A stretch of 64,000 bases of DNA, taken from contig OZ241875.1 of NCBI GenBank assembly GCA_965203325.1, positions 2,144,001 to 2,208,000 on the forward strand, in the 5' to 3' direction. Source of the stretch: a bacterium (GTDB lineage: Bacteria; UBA8248). A program made the translations under genes and the position numbers. Under the pieces are notes generated by a model. That model was not told the DNA's origin. It did no database searches and saw nothing but the letters and a program-made list of their open reading frames with translations. The first letter of the stretch is position 1, and each line of letters begins with the position of its first letter. Positions 39,301 to 49,399 of this stretch are shown here, one piece after another.

Positions 39301-40182
39301 TCAACCGCCCGAGGTCACCAAAACAGCCCCCGCCACAACGATGAGCGTTCCCACCACCAAGCGTTTCGTGATGACTTCCAGGTCGCGCAGCAGCACCACC
39401 GAGAGTAAAAGAACGAATATGGGGGTCATACGAACGAGCGGGGAAATCACCGCGAGTTGCCCGTCGCGCAGCGAGGTCCAGAACAGCACGGCGGAGAAAA
39501 TCGCAAACATGCCCGCTGGAATGCAAGCTATCGCGATCTGCATGTTCCACTGAAATTTCTGGGCTTTCGAGGCGAAGGACGAGGAAGCCAACAAACCCAC
39601 GTTGGCTATCAGCGTGGCCACCAGAATTCCTAACCATGGCGCATTCATGGCGGCCAGTCCGGCTTTTCGGAGATAGGGCGTGACGCTGAACGCCGCCATC
39701 GCGATGAAGGCGAAAGTGTAACGCTTCAGCGAATACCCCCCTTCTCCCCGCTCACCGGTGAGCCCGATCATCCCGATGACGATGAGTACGATACCCAGCC
39801 AGACGCCGGCGTCCGGGCGCTCGCCCAGAATCACCACGCCCATCAGGGCCGAGCCGATGGGAGTCGCCGCCACGAGCGCGTTCGTCCTGCTCACCCCGAC
39901 GTACTCGCTCGAGCGAAGGGCGCTGTAGCGGGCTACGAGATTCCCCACCAAGCCGGTGATGAGATACAAGATAAGAGCCACCACCCAATCGCCTTGATAG
40001 ATATCGAACGATGGCGAGAAAACGACGGCGATAACCGCCATCCACCCATTCACCCAAAAGATGATCGTGAGCGCCGAAGCCCGCTCGAGCAATCTGCGAA
40101 CGAGAATTTGATTGCACGCGAACAAAAAGGCGCCAAGTAAAGCACGAAACTCCGGCGGTGCGTCTACGATAAAATTCAACAT
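39301..40182 (-). CDS. DMT/EamA family transporter
   Basis: About 10 TM segments in two repeats, with LGER and VISPL..P.F motifs. Confidence 0.85.
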   Translation of the reverse strand: MLNFIVDAPPEFRALLGAFLFACNQILVRRLLERASALTIIFWVNGWMAVIAVVFSPSFDIYQGDWVVALILYLITGLVGNLVARYSALRSSEYVGVSRTNALVAATPIGSALMGVVILGERPDAGVWLGIVLIVIGMIGLTGERGEGGYSLKRYTFAFIAMAAFSVTPYLRKAGLAAMNAPWLGILVATLIANVGLLASSSFASKAQKFQWNMQIAIACIPAGMFAIFSAVLFWTSLRDGQLAVISPLVRMTPIFVLLLSVVLLRDLEVITKRLVVGTLIVVAGAVLVTSGG

Positions 40183-40332
40183 GTCGAAAACCCAACCAGA
40201 AAAGCGCCCGGGAAAAAGACTCTATGAGGACGACTAAATCCATCACCTAAGCGAATGAATCGATAGACATGCACAGTGTCATCCCTCGCCTTTTTCAAAT
40301 AAATGGCGATCCAGTGCCGGGCGTATGAGCAC

Positions 40333-41217
40333 CTACCTGCCCAATAGGATCAGCACGGCGCCCTCCACGGCAAGCACCCCTCCGGCGATCACGCGCAAAT
40401 TGATGCGCTCAAGCCTTTGATAAAAGACCCAGGAAAACAAGATCAAGAATAAAATGGAGAGCCGGTTTATCGGGATCACCTCTATGAGCTTTCCGTTCTT
40501 GATGGCGAGCCAAAAAGCGTACGCAGATATGATGTTGAAGACCCCTCCGATGAGAATCAACCATAGGCTTTTTTTATTCCATGTTTTGGGGTTGAGTTCA
40601 TGGTTTTCCACAAACGGTATGGAACCGAGTTGGAGAAGCGCGCCCGTGAACGCCGTGGTGGCGATGCCGAAAGCGGGTGAGGGAATCGTCTGAAAAGCGA
40701 GCTTTCGCAAGGGCGGGGCGAAGGAGAAGAAAAAGGCCGCGAGAATCGGAAGGAGGTAATATAAAAAGGGCGCTCGTTTGCCGCCTGCCCCTCTCTCCTG
40801 CACAAGGAGTATCGCGCCCAACACGATGGCGAAAGTACCCAGGGCGATCGGGAAATTGATCGTCTCGCCGAAAAGGAGCATGGCCAGCAAAGCGCTCCAT
40901 ATGGGATGGACCTGCAGAAAAATCTGGGAGCGCGCCATTCCGATGAGCGTCGCCGAGATGAAGTTCAGGTTTCTCGACAAGAAATGAGAGCAAAGCCCCG
41001 CCAGCACAAACCAGAAAATCCCCACCAGGGGCCATTTTTCGAGACCCGCACCCAGTATGTATATGGTCGAAGCGTAAGTTACCAGCGTTAAATTGGTCAC
41101 AAAGGTGATAGCCTTCGGCCCTATCCACTGAAGAGCGCCTCGATAGATTGTATGCGTGACTGCCAAAAAGACAGCGGACAAAAAAGACAAAAAAACCGGA
41201 GGGAGTGACTCGATCAA
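40333..41217 (-). CDS. DMT/EamA family transporter
   Basis: About 10 TM segments, with P.WSALLAMLLFGE and LERI. Tandem with 39301-40182. Confidence 0.85.
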   Translation of the reverse strand: MIESLPPVFLSFLSAVFLAVTHTIYRGALQWIGPKAITFVTNLTLVTYASTIYILGAGLEKWPLVGIFWFVLAGLCSHFLSRNLNFISATLIGMARSQIFLQVHPIWSALLAMLLFGETINFPIALGTFAIVLGAILLVQERGAGGKRAPFLYYLLPILAAFFFSFAPPLRKLAFQTIPSPAFGIATTAFTGALLQLGSIPFVENHELNPKTWNKKSLWLILIGGVFNIISAYAFWLAIKNGKLIEVIPINRLSILFLILFSWVFYQRLERINLRVIAGGVLAVEGAVLILLGR

Positions 41218-41347
41218 AGGCTATCCAAGCGACAGAGGGATGTATCGAAGCGATAGATTCTCATTATGACACGAGAAGTCTCCGCCTGTAATCAGCGCGC
41301 CCGAGCAAAACCGAATCCTGCATGATATATTTTTACTCCATCTCTAT

Positions 41348-42037
41348 TTGAGGATGTTCAACATGTCTCTTGACGCTTCCAGGCCTGCTCCGGAAATTTT
41401 CCCCGAATACGCCCTGCTGCCCGGAATGTACGCCCGTGAGGTGGAAAGCCTCACCGGGGAGCAACTCGATAAAAAAGAACCCGGGAAAAGCTGGGGCCTG
41501 TGGTCGATCCGCGAGCAGGTCAGCCACATGGGCTTTGTGAATTACAGGTGGTTCTTGCAGGTCTGGGGGAAATCACTGTTCGGAGAAGACTTGCCGAGGC
41601 CGAAATCCCTATACGACACGGGTGGTGCGGACCGACTTCTCGACCCCGAAAGATTTCACGAGATGGACGATCTGCTCACAGCTTATGAAGACGGCTGCAG
41701 GCTGGCTCTGGATATTCTGAAAAACGAAACCCCCGAATCGCTACGGGAAAAAACCAAAGAAAGGGTCGTTCCCCGAAACTACGAATGGCCCTCCGGCGAT
41801 CGGTATATCGACTGGATTGAAAACGTGGTGCTTAAAATCCACCCCGATGGCTTTTGGCGAGACGAGAAAAAAGACAACGTCTTCCACTACAACCTGGAGT
41901 GGACATTTCGCCATGTGCTCTGGGAGGGATACGCCCATCTCAAAACCATCCAGGCGCATAAACAAGCGCAGGGAATCGAGGCAAAAGTAGCGCTGGATGA
42001 GGGTGTTGGCTACCTCGCCGCGCTTACCTGGGAGTAA
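41348..42037 (+). CDS. DinB/YfiT superfamily protein
   Basis: WSIREQVSHM N-terminal motif and C-terminal RHVLWEGYAH. Confidence 0.7.
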   Translation: MRMFNMSLDASRPAPEIFPEYALLPGMYAREVESLTGEQLDKKEPGKSWGLWSIREQVSHMGFVNYRWFLQVWGKSLFGEDLPRPKSLYDTGGADRLLDPERFHEMDDLLTAYEDGCRLALDILKNETPESLREKTKERVVPRNYEWPSGDRYIDWIENVVLKIHPDGFWRDEKKDNVFHYNLEWTFRHVLWEGYAHLKTIQAHKQAQGIEAKVALDEGVGYLAALTWE

Positions 42038-42566
42038 GCATCCGCCGCATCAGTTCCTCGGGCGTGTCGTCGACCGTGAAGGAATCCAGGATTTTCTGCG
42101 AGATGAAACCTTCTTCGTTCATGTGGCGAAAAAATGCCAGCAAAGGATCATAATAGCCGCGAATGTTGAGCAGGCCGACGGGCTTGTCGTGGTACCCGAG
42201 TTGAAGCCATGTGAGCATCTCCATGGTCTCCTCGAGCGTGCCGAGTCCGCCCGGCAGCGCGACGAAGCCATCGGACAGTTCCGCCATCAACGCTTTTCTC
42301 TCGTGCATCGTTCGCACGACGCGAAGTTCGGTGATCCCCTCATGGGCGACTTCCATGCCCATCAACTTATCGGGGATCACGCCGGTGATCTCGCCTCCGT
42401 TCTCGAGCACGGCGTCGGCCAGAACGCCCATGAGTCCGATACCCCCTGCGCCATACACCACGCCGATTCCACGCGCGCCCAAGGCATGGCCCAAGGTTCG
42501 CGCCGCTTCCTGGTATTCGGTTCGTACCCCTTTTGATGAACCCGCGAAAACGCATATCCTCTTCAA
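42024..42566 (-). CDS. LOG family phosphoribohydrolase (TIGR00730-type)
   Basis: ICVFAGS, GLMG, MHERKA and PGGLGTLEE. TTG start after GGAGG. Confidence 0.93.
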   Translation of the reverse strand: MKRICVFAGSSKGVRTEYQEAARTLGHALGARGIGVVYGAGGIGLMGVLADAVLENGGEITGVIPDKLMGMEVAHEGITELRVVRTMHERKALMAELSDGFVALPGGLGTLEETMEMLTWLQLGYHDKPVGLLNIRGYYDPLLAFFRHMNEEGFISQKILDSFTVDDTPEELMRRMLTPR

Positions 42567-42690
42567 CAAAATTCCTCCCCGCCGGGTCGGCGCCCAGGCG
42601 GGGCTCGACATCTTCCGGCTTTCACTTTTCATGGAGACACGCTACCTCCATTGGCGTCAGACATATTACTACCGCTACACTCCCTTCGCC

Positions 42691-43419
42691 ATGAAAATTC
42701 TCATCTGGAATATCATGCACGGCGGTGGGCGGCGGGCAGCCAAAATCGTGGAGCGCATTGGCCGAGGAAGTCCCGATATCGTCATTCTGACGGAGTTTCG
42801 TGGCACCCCGCCCAGCCGGGAGATCGCCTCCCGCATCGGGGAGCTGGGGCTGTCCCACCAACTGAGCACGGCGTCTGGAAAACACCCGGCTATAAACGCT
42901 CTTCTCCTCGCCTCGCGCTGGCCGCTCAAGCGTATTCACTGGAAAAGACCGCCCCAACCGGAAGAGCGCCGCCTCCTCGCCTACGTTCGCGCGCCCGCGC
43001 CCGTCACCATCGCCGCCGTGCACGTACTTAATCGAGTCAGTGGAAAAAAATATCCCTTCCTGGATGCGATTCGGGATTTGGCGCTTCGCTGGCGCGGTGG
43101 CGGCGCCATCGTGGCGGGTGATTTCAACACCGGGCGAATCGGCGAGGATGAAACGGTGAAATGCTTCAACAGGCGCGAAGACGATTTCATGACCACCATG
43201 TCGAAAACGGGCTGGGCGGATGCGTACCGCAGCGTCCACGGCCCAAAACGCGCCTATACATGGCGTGCGCCCGGCGGTGGAGGGAGCTTCCGGCTGGATC
43301 ACGCGTTCATCAATCGCCGCGCGCAAGGCAGGCTGCTTGACGCGCGCATCGATTGGCCGCCGGGTAATCCGAGGCCGCCGAGTGATCACGCCGCTTTGTG
43401 GATCACGTTGAAAGATTGA
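42691..43419 (+). CDS. Endonuclease/exonuclease/phosphatase (EEP) family protein
   Basis: IWNI, DIVILTE, AGDFN, D.YR..H, YTW, RLDH and SDH. Confidence 0.88.
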   Translation: MKILIWNIMHGGGRRAAKIVERIGRGSPDIVILTEFRGTPPSREIASRIGELGLSHQLSTASGKHPAINALLLASRWPLKRIHWKRPPQPEERRLLAYVRAPAPVTIAAVHVLNRVSGKKYPFLDAIRDLALRWRGGGAIVAGDFNTGRIGEDETVKCFNRREDDFMTTMSKTGWADAYRSVHGPKRAYTWRAPGGGGSFRLDHAFINRRAQGRLLDARIDWPPGNPRPPSDHAALWITLKD

Positions 43420-43470
43420 TTCTGATAGTAGTAGAAAAAGGCGGCTCATTTGAATGAACGGGAGAAAACC

Positions 43471-44649
43471 GTGAGCAGACCCCTTGAGGGCGTCAAAGTA
43501 TTGGACCTGACCCGCCTCGTCTCGGGCGGGATGTACGGCATGCTTCTGGCCGACGCCGGCGCCGATGTGGTCAAGGTCGAAGCCCCGGGCCACGGCGATA
43601 CGCTGCGGGCCTGGAATCCATATTGGTGGAAGGTCTACGGCCGCGGAAAGCGATCCATCACGGTGAACCTCGCCACATCGCGAGGGCAGGACCTCATCCG
43701 AAAACTAGCGGCCGAGGCGGACGTTCTCGCCGAGAATTTTTTCGTCGGCAAGCTCGAATCCTGGGGGCTCGGGCCGGATGAGTTATGGGAAGTGAACCCG
43801 AGACTCATCGTCGTCCGGATATCCGGATGGGGGCAGGACGGCCCTTACCGCGACAGGCCGGGCTTCGGCACCCTGGTGGAAGCGATGTCCGGCTTCGCTG
43901 ACATGAACGGATTTCCCGACTCCCCTCCCCTGGCTCCTCCCCAGCCCCTTGCCGACATGACGGCTGCACTACAAGGCGTCGCCTCCACCATGTTCGCTCT
44001 CTACCACCGCGACGCTCTGGGAGGCGGCAAGGGGCAGGTGATCGATCTGGCGCTTTACGAGCCGCTTTTCACGATTCTGGGTCCACAGGCGGCCCGCTAT
44101 CTCATCGACGGGGAAAAGCGCCCGCGCCTGGGCAACCGCTCCGAAAACTCGGCGCCCAGAAACATCTACCCGACGAGCGACGGAAAGTGGGTGGCGATTT
44201 CCGCCTCCACCCAGCCGATGTATGAGCGCCTCGCCCGCGCCCTGGGGCGTGAAGACATCATCACCGACGAGCGGTTCATGAACAACGAGACGCGCGTCGT
44301 GAACCAGGAGGCGCTCGACAAAATCGTGGCCGACGCCATAGGAAAACATAGCTGCGAGGAGAACATGGACAGATTCAACGCGGGCGGCGTCACGGCGAGC
44401 CCCGTCTACGACATCGAAGACATCCTTTCAGACCCCCATTTTCAGGCGAGAAACCTGGTGCGCCACGTGCCGGACGCGGATTTCGGCGCCGTGCCCATGC
44501 AGGGCGCTTTTCCGAGAATGTCGGAAACGCCTCTCGACATCGCCTGGACGGGACCTGCCCTGGGGGAACACACCGAAAAAATACTCGGCGAATGGCTGGG
44601 AATGACGCCCCCCGAAATCGAGCGCCTTCGAAACGATGAAGTGCTGTAA
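43471..44649 (+). CDS. CoA-transferase family III (CaiB/BaiF)
   Basis: PLEGVKVLDL, LADAGADVVKVE, RGKRSI, ISGWGQDGPY and P.LGEHT. Confidence 0.93.
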   Translation: MSRPLEGVKVLDLTRLVSGGMYGMLLADAGADVVKVEAPGHGDTLRAWNPYWWKVYGRGKRSITVNLATSRGQDLIRKLAAEADVLAENFFVGKLESWGLGPDELWEVNPRLIVVRISGWGQDGPYRDRPGFGTLVEAMSGFADMNGFPDSPPLAPPQPLADMTAALQGVASTMFALYHRDALGGGKGQVIDLALYEPLFTILGPQAARYLIDGEKRPRLGNRSENSAPRNIYPTSDGKWVAISASTQPMYERLARALGREDIITDERFMNNETRVVNQEALDKIVADAIGKHSCEENMDRFNAGGVTASPVYDIEDILSDPHFQARNLVRHVPDADFGAVPMQGAFPRMSETPLDIAWTGPALGEHTEKILGEWLGMTPPEIERLRNDEVL

Positions 44650-44652
44650 CAG

Positions 44653-45495
44653 TTACCCTCTGGAAAACAGAATCACGGACGCCGCGGCGAATACGACTCC
44701 CACGCCTTTTCTGAGCGTCAGCTTCTCCCTCAAGAAGATGATGGCGAGCACCCCGGTCAACACGAAACTCAACTGGGCGATGGGCGCCACGACAACCGCC
44801 TCGCCGTAGGTGAATCCCACGGCGATGGCCACATAACTCGAAGAGGTGAGCACCCCGCACACGAAGGGGAGCCAGAGCGGCACGCCGCGCCTGGGAAGCG
44901 GATCTTTTTGAATGAGCGCGAAGGGCACGGCCATGCAGAATACCCCCACGCTCTGCATGGCCGTCATCATGGCGGGTTTGGCCCCCATCCCGAGCCCCAG
45001 TTTGTAGAAAAGCCCGATGACGCCGAACATGCACATGGCGCCGATCGCCAGGCCGACGGAGCGCTTATCCCCGACGGACGCCGCCGCGACGCTCCCGCCC
45101 GCCGTCACAGCGAGGGCCGCCAGAACCAGAGCGAAGCCTTTGATAAGGTTTACATTTTCGCCGAGAAAGAAAATCGTGAGGGCGGCCGTTACCGCGAAGT
45201 TCAGGCGGACGATCGGCACGAGCGCCACCGCCTCGCCCCGCCGCAGGGCAAGCAAAACGAACAAGAACGCGGTGAACGCCAGAATTCCGTTGATGAATCC
45301 AAAGGCGAGGCCCGGATTCCAGAGCAACTCCTCGCGATACCAGGCCAGGCCGAACGCGTTGGGCAGATACGCCATGTTTTGCAGGAACATGAAGGGCCCG
45401 CTGCGCATATCCCACTGCTGGCCCCACTTGTAGAGAAAGTCATTGACGCCGAGAAAACACAAAGACATGAGCGCGAAGATGACTTCGGGCGGCAT
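44653..45495 (-). CDS. DMT/EamA family transporter
   Basis: Two EamA halves (GEAVALVPI...FLGE; GEAVVVAPI...FLRE). Confidence 0.87.
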   Translation of the reverse strand: MPPEVIFALMSLCFLGVNDFLYKWGQQWDMRSGPFMFLQNMAYLPNAFGLAWYREELLWNPGLAFGFINGILAFTAFLFVLLALRRGEAVALVPIVRLNFAVTAALTIFFLGENVNLIKGFALVLAALAVTAGGSVAAASVGDKRSVGLAIGAMCMFGVIGLFYKLGLGMGAKPAMMTAMQSVGVFCMAVPFALIQKDPLPRRGVPLWLPFVCGVLTSSSYVAIAVGFTYGEAVVVAPIAQLSFVLTGVLAIIFLREKLTLRKGVGVVFAAASVILFSRG

Positions 45496-45806
45496 ACGCG
45501 ACTCCCCGGCGCGGACGTCCCTGCTCGCCACGCATACCTCTTGGCTGATGGGGGGAAGAAAGCGCCCTCGATTCAGGGAAGCTACAAAGGGCAGGCTTCA
45601 AAAACCGAAAAAATGATACGGCCCCCACCCCGGCGTGTCAACGGAATGAATGAAGACGAATACCCCCATCTTCAGTAATCCGAGCGACTCGCCATAACCC
45701 CTGGGACGTAAAACATGCTATCTTGGAGTCGATAAGCCAGATAAAACCGTTACAATCCAAAAAACTGTGTGTTTTTCTTTTATCTTTCAAGTTAGGAGCC
45801 GAAGGG

Positions 45807-46271
45807 TTGGGTCGTGAATATCCGCTTCGCCCGATTGTCGGTGTAGGGGCCATCATCATCGAGAACGAAAACGTCCTCATCGTCCGCCGGGGGCAGCCTC
45901 CCAAAATGGGCGCCTGGAGTATTCCGGGCGGCGGTGTTCACTTGGGTGAAGACCTGGAGCAAGCCTGTATACGAGAGGTCAGGGAAGAGACCGGCCTGGA
46001 CGTGGAGATTCTCTCCGAGGGCCGGGTTTTGAACCGCGTCACCCGGGACGAATGGGGGCGGGTGCAATTTCATTACGTGCTCATCGATTTCGTGTGCCGA
46101 CCCACCGGAGGCGTGCTTCAGGCGGCGAGCGATATTTCGGAAGCCACGTGGGTTCCGTTGAGCGAAGTGTCTTCTTTAAGTCCGATGACGAGTGGAACGG
46201 CGGATTTCATACTGGAATCGGTCGCCACGCTCAACCTGTTGTCACACCGGAATAGCCGGGAAAGCATATGA
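45807..46271 (+). CDS. Nudix hydrolase (ADP-ribose pyrophosphatase-like)
   Basis: REYP.RPIVGVG, WSIPGG and Nudix box GE......REVREETGL. Confidence 0.9.
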   Translation: MGREYPLRPIVGVGAIIIENENVLIVRRGQPPKMGAWSIPGGGVHLGEDLEQACIREVREETGLDVEILSEGRVLNRVTRDEWGRVQFHYVLIDFVCRPTGGVLQAASDISEATWVPLSEVSSLSPMTSGTADFILESVATLNLLSHRNSRESI

Positions 46272-46990
46272 AAGACACCGGGGAGAAACAGCCTTCGGAT
46301 GAGCAGTTCGCAACCCTGTTTTTGCGTCTCGCAGCTCGCGAACTCCAGGCACCCGTATCTCACCTCAAAGAAAAGTTTCTCGAACTGGGGGAGGAGTCAG
46401 ACCCCTGGAAGGCGCGGGAGGAAATTCGGGATTTATCCGAGAACATCTATCGCTTGAGCCGCCTCATCGAAACGCTCTCCGACGCCGCCGACATCGAAAC
46501 GCACCATGCAAACCTGGAAAACACCGACATAAATCTTGCGCATCTTTTCAGCGAACGCATCGGCAAGCGGCTCTGGAGTTTCCCTTCTTTTCGGTTTTTG
46601 CCCGAGATGCCGTCGCGGCTCGATATATACGGCGACAGGGCAAGGTTCATCTTTCTCATTGACGATCTGCTGGATGCGGCCATTCACATCGCTCCTGAGG
46701 GCGGCATTATTTACGCGCTTCTCAGGGGGGAAAACGATCGAATCGTTTTATCGACCACCAACCGCGACGCCGAAATCCCGCCTTTTTGTTTCGATTCGTT
46801 CATCGACTGGATGGCGGAGGATCTGGAAAATCCGGGGGCGCTCCGGGGAATCGGAATCAGCCTCTATCGAAGCCATCTCACTGCCCTCATGCTGGGCGGG
46901 CGTCTGGAGATCACGACGCCTCCCGAGGGCGGCGCATCCTTCATCGTCGAGTTCCCCGCACATCATTCACAACATTCCGATCTCTCATAG
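46268..46990 (+). CDS. Histidine-kinase-like protein (HisKA + HATPase_c) with degenerate catalytic motifs
   Basis: H-box ARELQAP (His replaced by Arg), N-box DLLDAA, G1 NRDAEIP, G2 GIGISL and terminal GG.LE.....GASF.VEFP. ATGA overlap with the Nudix gene. Confidence 0.75.
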   Translation: MKDTGEKQPSDEQFATLFLRLAARELQAPVSHLKEKFLELGEESDPWKAREEIRDLSENIYRLSRLIETLSDAADIETHHANLENTDINLAHLFSERIGKRLWSFPSFRFLPEMPSRLDIYGDRARFIFLIDDLLDAAIHIAPEGGIIYALLRGENDRIVLSTTNRDAEIPPFCFDSFIDWMAEDLENPGALRGIGISLYRSHLTALMLGGRLEITTPPEGGASFIVEFPAHHSQHSDLS

Positions 46991-47002
46991 GAATCCATCT
47001 AC

Positions 47003-48076
47003 ATGACCGAGAAGAAGCGAATTTCCGAAGAAGCGCTCGTTCGTTTCGCCACGAAAATCATCATGGCCCTGGGAGCTCCCGAGGAGCGCGCCCAGGTGAC
47101 GGCGGCAATCCTCGCAGCGGCGGATATGCGCGGAATATCGAGCCATGGCGTGGCGGGCGGGACAGGCTTGCGTGAACTCGTCGAGCGTATTCAAAAAGAC
47201 GCCATCGACCCGAAAGCCGTCCCTGGCGTCGAGCGAAACGAAAACTGGGCGATCGCCACCATGGACGCGCGAGCCGGCATCGGTCCGGCAGCAGCGATGG
47301 ATGCGACCCGTCTCGCCGGCGATCTGGCGGAAGAATACGGCATCGGAAAAGTCTATGTGCACAACGCGAATCACTTCGGGGCGGCGTGCGTCTATGTCGA
47401 GGCGCTCATCGAGCGGGGTCTGGCCGGCCGCGCCACATGCACCTCCGGCGCCTGGATGAAGCCTTTCGGGGGAAACAGGATTCGCCTGGGCACGAACCCC
47501 ATCGCCTGGGGGGTGCCTGCAGGGGATGAGGCCATCGTCATCGACGCGGCCATGACGCAGCGCGCCGTGAGTCCCGCCATCCGCGCCAGCCGCGCGGGAG
47601 AGGCGATTCCGGACGATTATTTTCTCGATGAAAATGGAGAGGTCATTTCCGGTCACGTGCCGTATGACGAGCTGATCAAAGGCTCCGTTCTGCCTCTGGG
47701 GGGAACGCAGTTCGGCTACAAGGGTTCCGGGCTCGCCGTGCTGGTGGACCTGGACGGCGTCATCGGCGGCGGCGCGACGGAGCATATTCCGACGCTGCGC
47801 GTCCAGCCCGATGCACGAATCACCCAGACGATAGAGGCCTGGAGGCTGGACGCGCTCTACCCCATAGAGGACGCGAAGAGGCGCTTGGCCGAGGCGGTGA
47901 GAGACATCAAAAACTGCGGAGGGGCGGAGATGCTGCTTCCGGGAGAGCGCGAGGCGCGCAAAAAGGCGGACGCGGAGAAAAACGGAATCCCCTATGAAGC
48001 CAGCCAGTGGGACACGCTCAAAACGATTGGGGGCTGGCTGGGCGTCGAACCGCCCGAAGCCATTCAGGAGAACTGA
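47003..48076 (+). CDS. Ldh_2 family (malate/L-lactate/ureidoglycolate-type) oxidoreductase
   Basis: ADMRGISSHG, NHFGA, GTNPIA, GYKGSGL and LPGERE. Confidence 0.92.
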   Translation: MTEKKRISEEALVRFATKIIMALGAPEERAQVTAAILAAADMRGISSHGVAGGTGLRELVERIQKDAIDPKAVPGVERNENWAIATMDARAGIGPAAAMDATRLAGDLAEEYGIGKVYVHNANHFGAACVYVEALIERGLAGRATCTSGAWMKPFGGNRIRLGTNPIAWGVPAGDEAIVIDAAMTQRAVSPAIRASRAGEAIPDDYFLDENGEVISGHVPYDELIKGSVLPLGGTQFGYKGSGLAVLVDLDGVIGGGATEHIPTLRVQPDARITQTIEAWRLDALYPIEDAKRRLAEAVRDIKNCGGAEMLLPGEREARKKADAEKNGIPYEASQWDTLKTIGGWLGVEPPEAIQEN

Positions 48077-48147
48077 TTCGCTGAATCAGTCGTTTTCAGG
48101 GCGACAACCCAAGAGCACGCGCTGGAGTTTCACCCGCAAACTAACTT

Positions 48148-49398
48148 CTAGGCATCACGCTCCAGGCGAACGGTTTCTATCTGCCGCTCGTTCGCCGATT
48201 GCACGGTGAGCGTCCAACCCTCAAGGGATAAATGCTCCCCTTCTTTCGGGATGCGCTCGAACCGCTCCAGGAGATAGCCCGACAACGTCTCGTAGTCCCC
48301 ATCGGGTACGGGCAACTCGAGCGACTCTCTCACATCCTCGACCTCCATGCGTGCATCGACCATGTATTGATCTTCACTTAACTTGTGGAACATGCGGACT
48401 TCGTCGACGTCATACTCGTCAGCGATGTCGCCCACGATCTCCTCCACCAAATCCTCCATGGTCACGATGCCGGTGCAGGCCCCGTATTCATCCACCACCA
48501 CGGCCATTTTATCCTTTCGGCTCATCAACTCATCGAGAAGACTATCGGCCGGCTTCGTCTCCGGCACGAAATAGGCGCTTCGGATGAGACCATCCTTATC
48601 CTTGAGGCGTCCCGAGGCGTCGGGTCCCAGTCCGATAATGTCCCTCGCGTGCACGACACCGACGATGTGGTGGAGGTTCTCCCTGTAGATCAGAATCCTC
48701 GAGTGGCCGTCATCCTCGATTTTTTCAATTACCTCCTCCACCGTGCTCTCTTCTTCCACCGCGGAGAGGTCCACGATGGGTACCAGCACGTTTTCCATGT
48801 CCAACTCGCCGAACGTGAAGATGCGGCCGATCATCTGGCGTTCGAGAACCTGCACGTCCCCATCGCTTTGCTCTTCCATGAGGGATTCGAGTTCCTGCCG
48901 CGTGACGAAAGGAGTGCTCTCCCCATTGCGTTTTCGCAGCCCCACAACGGCACCGATGAGCGCGCTGATGAGCCAGACCAGGGGATATACGATCAGTCTG
49001 GCGCCCCAGACGACGCGCGCCAGCAAAGGGGCGAGCACATCGGCGCGGGCCTGGCAATACCCCTTGGGAACCACCTCTCCGAACACCACGAGCAGCGGGA
49101 TCACCAGGGCGACCGAAAGCGCCTCCCCATACGCCGGGCCGACGAAATTGATGGACGCGATTGTGGCCAAGGAAACGTTCGTCACGAAACTCGCGTTGTG
49201 ACAGGTGAGAATCGTGCCCATGAGCCATTCGGGTTTTTCCAGAAGCTCCAGGGCGAGCGAAGCGCCCCTGTTCCCTCCTTCCGCCTTGGCGCGCAGACGG
49301 GCGCGGTCCGCGGAAACGATGGCGATCTCCGCACCCGAGAACAACGCTTCCGACAGGAGCAGGAGCAGGCCGATGACGATGACCGAGAAGATATCCAC
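48148..49398 (-). CDS. CNNM/CBS/CorC domain (hemolysin-family) protein
   Basis: FSGAEIA, GEVVPK, CBS pair, VVDEYG, EDLVEEIVGDI.DEYD and YETLSG. Confidence 0.92.
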   Translation of the reverse strand: MDIFSVIVIGLLLLLSEALFSGAEIAIVSADRARLRAKAEGGNRGASLALELLEKPEWLMGTILTCHNASFVTNVSLATIASINFVGPAYGEALSVALVIPLLVVFGEVVPKGYCQARADVLAPLLARVVWGARLIVYPLVWLISALIGAVVGLRKRNGESTPFVTRQELESLMEEQSDGDVQVLERQMIGRIFTFGELDMENVLVPIVDLSAVEEESTVEEVIEKIEDDGHSRILIYRENLHHIVGVVHARDIIGLGPDASGRLKDKDGLIRSAYFVPETKPADSLLDELMSRKDKMAVVVDEYGACTGIVTMEDLVEEIVGDIADEYDVDEVRMFHKLSEDQYMVDARMEVEDVRESLELPVPDGDYETLSGYLLERFERIPKEGEHLSLEGWTLTVQSANERQIETVRLERDA

Positions 49399-49399
49399 T

